Positions 38,010 to 50,745 of a stretch of 64,000 nucleotides of DNA are shown in pieces. Below the pieces are notes generated by a model. That model saw only the letters and a list, made by a program, of their open reading frames with translations, searched no databases and was not told the origin of the DNA. Origin of the DNA: Lepidodermella squamata (taxonomy: Eukaryota; Animalia; Gastrotricha); the NCBI GenBank assembly GCA_047495785.1, contig JBLDXI010000013.1, positions 2,728,001 through 2,792,000 on the forward strand, read 5' to 3'. Both the position numbers and the translations under genes were made by a program. Numbering within the stretch: position 1 is the stretch's first letter; each line of letters begins with the position of its first letter.

Positions 38010-40745
38010 TTATTTTCTGTGATGCCGCGACGACGAAGACTCATCTTCGCGATGACGTCGATGCTCCTTGTCTTTGACAGGCGCCTGTTCCTTACTGGCG
38101 TGTCGTTTACTGCTTTTACCCGCCGAATGGTCCTCGTTTCGGTGGTCCGAAGGGCTGCGGCTGCGTTTCCGGCTGGTGCGATTCGAGTCGTTTTGAGCAA
38201 ATGACCGCCGATTGGCCGAACTCGATCGGTCCCGTTTCGCCGAAGTTTTGTCCGACGACGATTTTTTCGACTCGGATTTAGCGTCCGATTTCTTCTCATC
38301 GCGGTGATTTTCATCGCGACTAGACGATGATTTCTCCTTTGAACGGTGCCGGCTGTTTTTAGCCGCTTTTTCAGCCGGCGCCGGTTTCAACCGGTCCTCT
38401 AAACGACGCGGCTTTTTCTCGACAGGAACGGAAAGTTTCGACTCGACAACTATACCGCCTAGCGATGAAGATGACGATGAAATTGAATGTTGCGAATTTT
38501 CGTCCAAATCACGGGCGAGACGGTTATCATGGCGACTATGGCTAGTTTTAGAGCTAACCCAAGCAGGACGAGCACCTAGCCTTTTATCGATATTTGCCGC
38601 AGCTTTTTTCGCAGCGGCTTCTTCTTCCTTCTTCGGCCAATTGCCCGCCACATGCTTCCGTAACAAATCTACCCATTCATTGGGAGGTTGCTGGACAACA
38701 GCGGCTTTATCGGCCGCGGGTACAACTGGCTTCTCAGGTTTTTCGCTCGATTTCTTGTCCTTGTGGTGCTTTTTCTTCTCATGATCGGAATGGTGCTTCT
38801 TTTTCTTCTTCTTTTTCCGCTCTTCCTCCTCGTCGGTGGAGGCAACTTCGCCCTCCTCGATTTCTTCGACTTTGCGTTTCGTTTTCACCTCTTCATCGTC
38901 TCGAAGAATATCTGATAAGGCAACACCGCTGTTTCCACTCCCGCCGCTGATAATTGAATCTCGAGAATTTTCAGAATCACCACGCACTTTCGACTCTGAT
39001 TTACCGCCCTTGGCCTTCACCATGGAATGATACGCCTTCAACCGCTGCTCGAGTTCGGCGAGTTCCGTCTTATTTTCGGCATTGACTTCGGCACCAAGCG
39101 CAGGCGCGAGCTCCACGATTTGGGTCACGCTCTTTAGATTGGCAGATTTTTTCAGCGATACTATCGCTCGATTCAGCGGCAACCGCAACCAGTCTCGCAA
39201 CTCATTCCGCAGTTTCACTGCTTGTGTTTTGGCGACGTTGAATCTATAATAAAAAATCGAACCATCAGTATACAGTATACAAATCATTGCAATCAGTATA
39301 TAAAATATTGCAATTACGGAGATTCTAAACAGGGATCACGGTAAGATAATTGGCAGCAGTTGCAACAATTTCAAACTTGCACCATCCCCGAACAACAATT
39401 TCAGCTTTCAAGGAATTAGATGCTAAGCAGTTGTGACTCGGCCTCGGATTCAAGGGTTGGTTATAAAAATTAGGCTAGCTGATTGAGATAAGCCTTGTCA
39501 GAATTGATAGCCAGAGAAAACAGTCGTATGCTCTTTTTGATAATTCTTTAACAATTCTTTAAAAATAGCCCTCGCGAAGGCACGCAAGTCTGTCCGAAAA
39601 CCAAGGGGAATCTTTGGAATCTTTCGAAATCTCGAAATCTTTGGAAATCTTAGCGCAGCTTTGAGATAATTTTCCAGCGAAATAGTCTCAAATATAAAAA
39701 TCTCTTAGATTCGATCTCTTGTCAAAACTGCCTTAAATGCCATTTTGTCTTCATTTAGATATTTCTCGCTTTGAACCTATTCACCTTTGGCCCCATTTTA
39801 TAACAAAGATTGTTATAAGCTTGTTGCTATCCTGAATTGTCTATCCATTTGAATAATGCAGCGTCTTCCTAACCAGGCGTAATTTGTTTCCAGAAATTTA
39901 TCAATCCCCAGCGAATTATTCCCCCGCTATACTGCTCATCTCTATTGAGACGCTCGTTTTTCCAACACAGGGACGACAGAGATCCTGGTTACAATAAAAC
40001 CTATGATTTGTTTAGCCTAATCCAAGAAAATCTGATTCGAGCTATCTCTCATTTTGGAATGATTTTTGAATAAAATTCGAAATTAAAAGGCGGGAGAAGA
40101 ATTCGTAAAATTAAATTACTGTTGCCGCAGAGATTCGTTTTCGGTTTGAAGTTTTTGAACTTCACTGGAATGTGTCTGCTTCGCGTTTTCAAGCTGCTCC
40201 TCCAAATCAGCAACAGCTCGATCCCGATCGAAAATGGTCGTTCGTAAATAGGCCAGCATCGCCGCGCAAGCCTCGCTGCCACAAGCCGATCCAGACTGCT
40301 GGCCAAACGGTCAAAGTACAGACAGAGATGACAGAGAATGATCGTGGGCCGAAGTGGCATTTTAGCGCCACGTGCACGGGCGCGCTCAACATTACACCTC
40401 AGTGCCACAACATCAACAACAAACCTTGTGAGAAGACGACGCGGCCGGCGCAGATCCGGCCGCCGTTTTCCGGTCATCCAAGTCGTCGTCATTTTCATCA
40501 AGAGCGCCGCCGAGGATGTCTTCGTATAAAAAGTCGTCAACACACGACTCAACAACACTCATACGCTGCTGCTGCTGGACTAATATTGAATTTTCATTTT
40601 CTTTCATAACTTCACTCTGCTCTTTCGAGCTTTCATCGACTAGCGATGAGGTAGACGAGGTCGAGGTAAGTGACGAGGTTGTTGGCGAGGATGAAGTCGC
40701 TGATGATGAGCTACTACTCGAGCTCGAATCTTCCGAGTTCGACAT
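38010..40745 (-). CDS. Ser-rich / coiled-coil / Lys-Arg-Ser-rich nuclear-type protein (3 exons), weak FLASH/CASP8AP2 resemblance
   Basis: Exon 1 poly-Ser plus FLYEDIL; exon 2 (about 40297-40120) coiled coil AVADLEEQLENAKQ...LQTENESLRQ; phase-2 join to the long last exon within ORF 38010-39287, with KKKKKK and RSRS tracts. Confidence 0.7.
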
Positions 40746-41039
40746 ACTGAGAGACCTATAAACAGTAACAATTCACACACTAATTTTAAAATAAAAAATC
40801 TAAAAAAGAGAAAAGTTGTTTTACGAAGATTTCATTAACGTAATGATCAGTTAAAAGAGACAGTAATACGGAGACGACGAGACAAGATGAAGATAGCGAA
40901 AGCAGAAATTACTGAGCCGTGCATCATTCACACGGGATGCCAAATGACTGGAGTGAGCAACTGGACCGATTTTTGTTTATTCTCGACTGAGAGCGAAAGA
41001 TAGCCGCTAAGTGACTACTTTTAACAACAAAAGTATTCG

Positions 41040-41894
<855 letters not shown>

Positions 41895-42353
41895 CTAGAA
41901 GACAATGATTGCAAAAATGAGATGTCAACATTTTTCATTCAAAATAAGCGCAAAATGTAGTGCATTTCATCGCATGTTTTTTCTTTGCCGATAGCAAGCT
42001 CATGTCAGTCCTTTGCACAAGACTATTACCGAGTAACAAATGATAACCCTAACACATTCAAATGACAGACTATATCATAGCGATCTTTAATACATTTCAT
42101 AGGAATTTTAATAGAAGCTCTGAATATATATTTACAGTTTAATCAATGTTATTTTGAATCGATTATAGGCCGAAATTTGAGGACAGAAAAGACATCAGCG
42201 CGCAATTGATGACAATAGCGACAATAATCGTATGGTTTTCTGTTATGTTTAGAAAAATCCGCTCAAGCAAAAAGACGATAACTGCTTTAATGTAGTTTAC
42301 GATATGAACTATAAACAATAATAAATGCTTTTGTGATCGATAAGTGCATCTCG

Positions 42354-43185
42354 TTAGGTGGCCCATTGCGCCAGCTCTTCGAGTTCCCTTTCCTCGTCGG
42401 TCATTGCCTTCGCTGGAGATTTTCCTAATCAAATTACAAAATGCATATTTTTCAATACCAATAAAACTTTCGAAATACCAGCGGGAGCAGCAGCCGCCGC
42501 AGCTGGTACTTTCGAGGCGGGAACAGATGGCAAGTCCGGTAAGGGGCCAACTTTGAGAAGCTCCTCGTCGAGTTTTTCCTGTTCGAGTTCCGCCAATTCC
42601 TTTTCCAGCTCGTCTTCGTCGACGAGGTTTCCAGCAACCGGGGTAGAAATGGCGTCCGAAATCTCTTTCGCCAAATCTTGCTGTTCTGCGAAGTTGTCCA
42701 TAACCGAGTGTACCTTATCAGCATCCCTTGAATAAGTAAATTATGAATGAACTGCGTTAAGTGAAAGAAACTTGAGCTTACAAGTCCTTGTGTGCAGTTT
42801 TGAGAGCATTACTGGCTTGATTCATCGTACGGAAGACCTCAGCGTTGGTCTTGGCATTTTCGATTGTTTCGCGCTGCATTTCGAGGTTAGTGAGCGTGCC
42901 CTCGACTTGCTGCAACTGTTCTTCATAACGCTTTTTCCGTTTCAACGCCGCGAGAGCAACTATTCAATATTATAAACGATAATAGGAGGCAACTGAAAAT
43001 CAATTCAACTTACGTCGCTTGTTTTTGGTTGCATTTTCCTTGGCGATTTTGACTTCGTCATCGATCTTCTTTTGGAGAAATTCACTTTTCTTCCGATGCA
43101 CTTCTTCCAGATCTCGAAGCTTCTGAACAGCTTCTTGCGGATTCTCCTGCTTTTTACCACCGAATAACTTAGCAAATACGCTCAT
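42354..43185 (-). CDS. CHMP4: ESCRT-III Snf7/CHMP4, canonical copy (4 exons)
   Basis: MSVFAKLFGG...EAVQKLRDLEE; ALKRKKRYEEQL; EISDAISTP; DEDELEKELAELEQE; C-terminal EERELEELAQWAT*. Confidence 0.93.
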
Positions 43186-43385
43186 CCTTTAACTATTAAA
43201 GGAATCTAAATGTTACAAATAACATAAAAAATTCTCAAATCATTTTATCAGAAAACAAGCTTTAGTTCTGATGATAAAAATAGCAAAGCGATAGAAATAA
43301 AGATATCAGATTGCACCGATGGGAAGTTGAAATCTCTAGTTTAGCAAGCAATGCAAAACACAACCAAAATAAAACATTGACTAAT

Positions 43386-44207
43386 TTAAGACGCCATCAT
43401 TGCTTCGAGCTCCTCGAGTTCCCTTTCTTCCTCGGTCTTGGCACGGCCTGTGAATGAAGATAAACAATCACTGCATGGAACGTGAAAAGTTGGCTTGTTC
43501 AAACCTGAGGACGGGGCTGGTAGTTTCGTTGAGGGAACAGCAGGCAAATCAATTGCCGGTCCAACTTTAGATAACTGTGCATCTAGTTGTTCTTGCTCTA
43601 ATTCAGCTAGCTCTGCTAACAAGTCATCATCGTCAACAGCGGTGCCGCCCATCACAGGCGTTGAGATCGCTTCGCCAATTTCTTTAGCCAAGTATTGCTG
43701 GTCCTCAAATTTACCCATTATATCTTGAACCTTGTCGACATTCCTTTAAAGATTGTACAAATTATACAACCCTCAAAAGATATAATGCAAAATCATACAA
43801 ATCTTTGTGCTCCTTCTTGAGAGCCGAGCTCGCTTGACTCATCGTTCTGAAAATCTCAGCGTTTGCTTTTGCATTATCAAGAGTTTCCCGCTGGGCTTCC
43901 AAATTAGCGAGAGTGCCTTGTACTTGTTTCAACTGTTCTTCATAACGCTTTCTTCTCTTCAAAGCTGCCATTGCAACTATAACAAATAATTCACTTCGCT
44001 TACAGTTGATACTAAAATAAATAGTGTACCTGGTTTGTTCTTTGTCCCATTTGCTTTGGCAATTGCCGTTTCATCGGCCATTTTTTTCTCCAAGTAATCG
44101 ATCTTACGCTGATGCATTTCTTCCATCTCCCTCAATTTGTTCGATGTTTCGGTGGTGGTTTCAGAAGACTTTTTACCACCACCAAACAAACGGCTGAGAG
44201 CACTCAT
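43386..44207 (-). CDS. CHMP4: ESCRT-III Snf7/CHMP4, second tandem paralog
   Basis: MSALSRLFGGG...; ALKRRKRYEEQL; EIGEAISTP; DDDDLLAELAELEQE; ends ERELEELEAMMAS*. Same intron layout as its neighbour. Confidence 0.9.
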
Positions 44208-45263
44208 ATTTTACTTTTTAGATATGTTATCTAACAAGGAACAAGTCAAAATAACGAGATCTTTCGAGAGCTACTAGACTTTATCGATTAGTAGTAACGC
44301 TTTGACAGGTGTCTCGGGATTTTTAGCCACCGCCTTCGAAATTTTGGTGAAAATACATCGATTATAAGAGCCGAGTTTAGACACATTAACATATCTGATT
44401 TCAGATTATAATCTCGCGGATACATCTTCAAATGATTCTCCCATAAGTCGTAAGTATATATCCAAAAACAAAAGTACAAATGTAACCATTGCCAATATAT
44501 AGGATATACATGAGTTAAGGCAGAGTTTTAGAAGTAATTTTTGTGCTAGTTTTGATCACACAAAACGCTAACTGGTTTTCATTGATGAGTGGCGAGTGGC
44601 AAAAACGAGTCAAAAAAGCATAGAGGAGAAATGATGGATGATGGGTGGATGGAACGCTGGCTACTGGCTACTGGGTGAACAAAGTTACATCTCTTTCCTC
44701 TTTCCGCCAGCAGTGAATGGGTAAGTCGACTGCAGGCAAAGGGCGAAGGGAAAACGAAGGCAAGGCGTAACTTTTCCGTTTAATCGTCAGCTAAAAACGA
44801 TGATTTATCCAAAACATTTTCGATATTTATCAGACTTTCAAGGAATTTTTTTATTTTAATCTGGTAAAATATTGTTAGGAATATTTTTATATGCAGTTTA
44901 ATATTCACGTGCTTCGTTTCACGAAAATTGATTAATCATTCGCCCTTCACGTCTAGGCTCGGAAAAATGCACTCTGCACAAAGAAACAAAGAAACTCGAT
45001 TGAACCTCAGGTGCTTTGAGCTTGGCGCCAAGAGGTGCCGTCGGATATTCTTTATTCTTGCGTTTATATTTGCTTTCTATTTATTACCTTATTCGATTCA
45101 TGAATCTCATTCGATATCCGATTCCAAACTCTGTAACTACTCTACACTTCCTAGAACTGGTCCGCGAATGACTTCGCCATTCCACAGTGACATATTAGCA
45201 ATGAATCATAATTGGTTTGTTTGTGTCCTTCTCTAGTTCCGATGGAGTGAAGCTCTTCTTGAA

Positions 45264-46604
45264 ATGATTATTCGAGTATCCCAATCACTTGTCTCTCGGA
45301 CAGTTCGAAGTGGCAGGCTTCAAGCTCAAGTGACAGCTGGTTTACCAACTTTGTCTAAGAGATGGTTGGAGTCATCTCCTGATGGAACTGCTCGCCTAGA
45401 ACGCAAACCATGGCCATGGCGCCAGCGGGGCTTTGGAATCTTGAATGAATGGCTTGGAGAAAAGACTCTCACTCGCTTCAATCAGAATTCGAAGAGCATC
45501 GTTGTTATGGGCAACATTGCTTCAGGCAAAACAGCATTCGCTCAAAGATTCGCGAAAGATTTTGGACTGCTTTTTGCCCCAGACATCACTAACTCTGAGC
45601 TCTATGTTGTTCATCCTTATGAGTTCGACATTCGTTCCATGAGGCAGTTTTTGCGAACGGAGCCGTGCGAAAATTTACTCTATGACTTGGAACAATTCTA
45701 CTCTGAATCGAACCCCACTGGTCATAGCGATGGTGTACTGAATTTCATGCGGTTGTTCTATCAAAAGCGATATATGCGCTTTGTTGATCTCAACTTGCAT
45801 TTATTCAGCACCGGCCAAGGCTTCGTCGTCGACTCGAGCCCCTACAGCGCGCTGGCGTATGCTCATGCGTATCATGATTGCGGTTATATTAATTCTAAGG
45901 CGCTTAACTTTCTTACTTCATTGTACACGAATACCATCACGTCGTTTTTCCGCCCTCATATTTTCTATTACCTGGATGTGCCAGTGTCGAAATGTTTGAA
46001 GACTGTTCGTAATAGAGGTGTACCATGGGAATGCAACAGCCCTGCAATCAATGAAAAATTCCTGTCAAGTCTTGATGCTGCATATAAGCAGGTTGTATTC
46101 CCTCAACTGAAAAGATACAGCGAGATTTTCATCTTGAGCGAAGAAGATATTAAGGACTGGCCACTTGTCGTAGAGGAAGCAGAACATTTGAACCTGGAGC
46201 CGGAAACGCAGCATTTGACAGCCTCAGAAAAGTTCAAGGATTGGGCTGATCTCTCTGAAGAGAGAGCATCACGCGTTCGCAGGGCGCTAAATAACAGACT
46301 TCAGTGGTTCCAACTGCTTCAAGAGCAAGGCGTTCCTGCCGAATGTCCGAACTCGTTCCTAGTCGGTGATCACTTCGTCGACTTCCAGAAAATCATTTAC
46401 CAACACCCGGCGATGAAATATTGGCCCGGTTGGAATAGCGAAATAGGAGACAAGTCCATCGCGTTCGGCAAACTTTTCGGCAAGAAAACCTATGGTTTTT
46501 ATGAAGACCTCGAATACGATTGCATCGGCTGGGATCCGGTCAAACCTCTTCAGCAACAATGGAGCCGTCAAAAGCACTCACCCTCTGTTCAAGCTGCCCA
46601 TTAA
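45264..46604 (+). CDS. NDUFA10: NADH dehydrogenase (complex I) 42 kDa subunit, deoxynucleoside-kinase fold, intronless CDS
   Basis: Mitochondrial presequence-like N-terminus; RFNQNSKSIVVMGNIASGKT P-loop; HLFSTGQGFVV..SPYS; RPHIFYYLDVPV; KYWPGWN...GDK. Confidence 0.9.
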   Translation: MIIRVSQSLVSRTVRSGRLQAQVTAGLPTLSKRWLESSPDGTARLERKPWPWRQRGFGILNEWLGEKTLTRFNQNSKSIVVMGNIASGKTAFAQRFAKDFGLLFAPDITNSELYVVHPYEFDIRSMRQFLRTEPCENLLYDLEQFYSESNPTGHSDGVLNFMRLFYQKRYMRFVDLNLHLFSTGQGFVVDSSPYSALAYAHAYHDCGYINSKALNFLTSLYTNTITSFFRPHIFYYLDVPVSKCLKTVRNRGVPWECNSPAINEKFLSSLDAAYKQVVFPQLKRYSEIFILSEEDIKDWPLVVEEAEHLNLEPETQHLTASEKFKDWADLSEERASRVRRALNNRLQWFQLLQEQGVPAECPNSFLVGDHFVDFQKIIYQHPAMKYWPGWNSEIGDKSIAFGKLFGKKTYGFYEDLEYDCIGWDPVKPLQQQWSRQKHSPSVQAAH

Positions 46605-46816
46605 GTTTCGATGAAAACTATAAACGTTTACTGCCCATGTCCTTAACGCACCACCATTTAGTGCTGTAAAGTACTTGTTTTCCTGATTTTCGAATGCAAG
46701 CGTCGCCACTGCTTGCTAAAAAATATTGTAATTGAAAGAAAGCTAGTTGGAAACCACTTCGTCAAGAAATGAAACTAGACTAAAATCAAAAATTGATTTG
46801 AATTTTTAGAGATTAA

Positions 46817-47470
46817 ATGAATGTGATCTCTGAGACCTGTATTGGGCACTGCAAGCAGTGCGGTCGCGCAATAGCTACAGCCGAAGAAGCTTGCCAAGCT
46901 ATGGGAACTCTCTATCACTCGGCCTGCTTCTCGTGTCATCAATGTGGTTGCTCTTTGAAATCTTCTTCGTTTTATTACGTTTCTGGCTTCGTCTATTGCG
47001 AAGTAAGATGATTACGCTTTTACAAGGCATGTATTTTGTATTATATCCGACTTTTTTTATAGGCTGACTTCAAAGACGGAGGGTTTTTCGATCGCGAAAA
47101 ACAAATGCTAGATTCTTGCTCAGTTTGCCACAAACCGATTTTTGACGCTACACTAGTGGCGCTAAAAAGATGTTATCATCGAAGCTGCTTCACTTGTACA
47201 GTTTGTAATCGACCGCTTGCCGACGAACAGTTCTGCGCGTCTCCAGATGACCCATGCTTACCTCTTTGTCTCGATGATTACTGGAGGCTCATAGCACCGA
47301 CCTGCTCCCTTTGCGCAAAACCTATTCTGCCTTCCACAAAGAGCGGCGACCCTTTAACTCTAGTTGTTGCCAAAACACTCAATCGAGTAGAATCTTCAAC
47401 GCGGAGTAATCATTTAGAAGCCGCTTCTTACCATCCGCATTGCGTACCTTCGATGCTTTCCGGACGATGA
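46817..47470 (+). CDS. LIM-only protein of the Ajuba/LIMD1/WTIP group (2 exons)
   Basis: LIM1 CKQC...ACQAMGTLYHSACFSC..C...L....FYYVSG.VYCE|ADF...GF matches the Ajuba-group LIM1; LIM2 is complete; LIM3 is truncated. Confidence 0.8.
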
Positions 47471-47719
47471 TCTGAACTCAAGTCTGCCGAACCATAACTA
47501 CGGTTTTTCTATCAAGCTGAAAAACTTATCTCTGAATTCATAATATTTAGATATTTATATTTATAGTATTGAAGCTTTTTAATGAAATTTTATGGTGTCT
47601 TCTACATGTGCTCACCTATATTGTTGAATATTTATGAAAGATTTCCTACGAGAGAAGAATGGTACCTTATTCGCTCTGTTTTTGTTTCCTAGAAGTTATA
47701 CTCAACGATTTGAAACAAA

Positions 47720-48141
47720 ATGCAATTCAAGTTTAAGGAAGAACACCCGTTCGGTAAGATGAATCGAAGATTTTATGAAGTTTTTAAAACATTCTTGTTT
47801 ATATAGAGCGCCGTCTGGAGGAGTCTTCCAAAATTCGTCAAAAATATCCCGAGCGCGTGCCGGTGATTGTTGAAAAAGTTCCCCGCTCACAAATCAACGA
47901 CATCGACAAGCGCAAATTCTTGGTGCCTTCAGACATCTCGGTCGCGCAGTTTATGTGGATCATCCGAAAACGCATCTCACTTCCATCGGAAAAAGCAATT
48001 TTCCTCTTCGTCGACAAGACCATCCCTCAGTCCAGCGTTAGCATGGGCCAGATGTACGAGGAGCACAAGGACCCCGATGGATTTCTGTACATTGCCTACA
48101 GCGGTGAGAACACTTTTGGCAGCGACGTCATGCTAGCCTGA
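47720..48141 (+). CDS. GABARAPL2: ATG8-family protein, GABARAPL2/GATE-16 type (2 exons)
   Basis: [31 protein letters not shown]; [32 protein letters not shown]; AYSGENTFG followed by a short cleavable tail. Confidence 0.95.
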
Positions 48142-49056
48142 AGTGGGAAGATTAATATGGACAAATGATTACTACTATTGGATACTAATTTGTTTTTACT
48201 CTTTTGTTTGTAAAATTTATATGACGCCTTCTTACAGTATGTGGCTGTTCTCGTTGGGAGAAAGCCACACGGTAGTGCTTGAATACGAATCGATGTGTTA
48301 TTCAACTGATTTCAACTCTTTCTATTCGTCTTGCATTGTAGTTATTCGCCCCATTGTTGAACGCCACATGCTGCTTTGACTGCGAACTTTCTGGGTGAGA
48401 AACAAGAAACGGTGAATTTCGGTTAATACAAGTCAATTTTTTAGCGGACCTAAGTTATTCAATTTGAACCTTCCGATAAGTCTAAATAATATCAAATCAA
48501 TCACACCTGAAATTTCTGATTTATTTATGCTGCCCGGAAATAATCGCGGCACCAGTTGTATTGAAGATGCGAATCAGTGTTTGTCAATAGCGATTTCTCT
48601 TTGCAATATATTTTTCACCGTATTCTAGAACAAATAGACTTCTGCTTCTCGATTGAAAACTGAAATTACGGCATCTGTGTCATAAGTTGTGGCGCTAGAT
48701 CAAATTTTCTGATTATATGCTGGGAAATGAATGAAAATATGCCTGTATCATTACTACTAGCTATTTGTGGCTATGTGCGTGTCAGTGAGTTATGTCAGCA
48801 TGCCATTTTCGGATTTAATAAGGTTACTGTGTCGTCAATGGTCGCGTTTATATATGTTGATCCCAGCAGTAATAATACTATGCTAACATTTTCCACTGTT
48901 CGTTGAATAAAATCGAAAAACCAAAAGAATTTCATTTTTAATATCGGCCACTAGTCCTGTCGCTGGAAGTTAGCATTGGATTGCGCTGTGCATTTTTTAA
49001 ACGTGAAATAATCATTGAGAGAACGCCAGGGATCAGACAATTCAACTGTGTCAACG

Positions 49057-49945
49057 TTACCCATAACTATACACTATATACCAAGCAATCGAAATGTAAG
49101 CGGGCTCGAAGAATATGTATCGCAGCAACTTTCCGTAAGATAGGAAGATATGGAAGATAAATACACCTGCTGGGTCAAGCCGTAGTCGTGGAACTGAAAA
49201 TGGGCTGCGAACTGCCACACACCTTGAACGATTTGGGAAAAGAGCTACCGCACGCCATGGTACTCCGTACTCCGACGTCGGCTCGCTGCCGATTAGCATC
49301 GAAGCGTGCAAGAGGTTCATGATAGAGGTGTGACAATGAATGTGTGTGACAACAGCCAGGTGAACTGATATCAAGTCCGTGGCAACTTGTTGCGTAACGG
49401 GAATCGAAGTCAGACATCGCCTCGAGAATGATCGGTTGCATTGGCGAACGAAAAGTTGGGTGGTGTACAAAAAGTTTGATGACCGATTCCCATCGATCAT
49501 CCTGCTCCGCCGATCCGGTGGGAAATAGGACAGCTCGCAGTCCATGATGCCAAATATTCGGGATGTTATCGTATCGCAGGCCGCAAGCATCATCATACCA
49601 GCAACAATCGTCATTCTCCCCAGAAATGATGCCCCTTCCAGGAGTAAACATCACTAACTGATAAGGCTAAGCTGTATTTATGTTCTCATTGTCATACTAA
49701 AAAGGAGAATGTGTTCTTAAAGTCAATGCGTATGGGTTTCCGAAACATCCACGGAGAGAAATCTTTAAGCGCTCAGGGCTGCGGCTACATCTTTGTTGCA
49801 GCGGAGACCACGCACAGCCTTGCTCATATCTTTCGATTGAGGACTACGATATAAAATACGAAGCTGATGGCATTCGCTGGCGGTCGTAAATCCGGTGACA
49901 TGAACGTCTTCGTTACGAAGAAAATTAAAGATTTGGTTAAAAGCT
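49057..49945 (-). pseudogene. Possible degraded coding sequence of unknown family
   Basis: Coding-like composition, two overlapping ORFs (159 and 185 aa) and an upstream open frame (FNQIFNFLRNEDV...) ended by TAA at 49765-49767. No clean spliced model or family recognised. Confidence 0.25.
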
Positions 49946-50745
49946 AGGTAAAGATTTATCCAAGCAGTAAGTTAAGTTAAGGCGCTGTAGTTAAGTCGCG
50001 AGATTCGTTTTAATCAGCGATTTGAGCCCGTCCAAAGAGATGCCACTTTGGTCTGCTAAAGGGTAAAGGGTAAAGCGGTATGCGTGAGAGACCCGCTGCC
50101 CGCTGCGGTTGTGCGATTTGTGCGCGATGATGATCTTCGAAAAACTGTGCCTACTGTGATTGCCATGTTTGACCCATTCATATTGACAGCGGGTTCGTCA
50201 GCCGTAGACACACATTTTTGCAGTTTTTAGACTGATACAAAGTTGCATTTCATCTTTATTCTCGTTCTCGCGATTCTCGAATCTCGAATCCAGCTGAAAG
50301 CTGAAAAAAGCAGAAAATGACATGCGGCAATGTATCAATATGATTTCTTAAACAAACTTAGTATTTGCAACCTTATAATCTAAAATTGTCGGAGTTTACT
50401 TTGCATAATTATTTAATATTAAATGGAAAGGTTTTGTCGCTCCGCCAAATCCGCGCTATGCTTTTTCGTTTTGAACCTCTTGCTCCAAATGTTGGCTTCA
50501 TCACGGTGTCGATTGTCGATTCCTAGAAGGCGAATCCCCCCACCTGGACTTGATTTAGTATTCAATAAAACTATGAGTATTCCCAATGCTTATTCTGTAC
50601 TCATTGAAATTGAAGTTGCTTCTGTTGTTTAGGAAGTTTGGCTCGAGTTACTTTGAAGTACGATCTCCTCATTTTGATTCCGAATTATGCCACTTCTATT
50701 TTGCTTGTAATCATCACTCCTGTGGTTTTATTTTAGATCGAGGGT

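Noticed and set aside
39245-40118. Long intron with short gaaatct/gaatctt repeats, possible transposon relic
   Set aside because: No convincing TIR pair or TSD found.
40049-40609. 169-aa minus and 145-aa plus ORFs
   Set aside because: The plausible coding frame is the third minus-strand frame (coiled coil) joined by introns; these ORFs are off-frame or antisense.
44690-45236. NDUFA10 upstream AG as a trans-splice site
   Set aside because: A consensus donor (GG|gtaagt near 44721) lies upstream, so an ordinary cis-spliced 5' UTR intron explains it; not counted as operon evidence.
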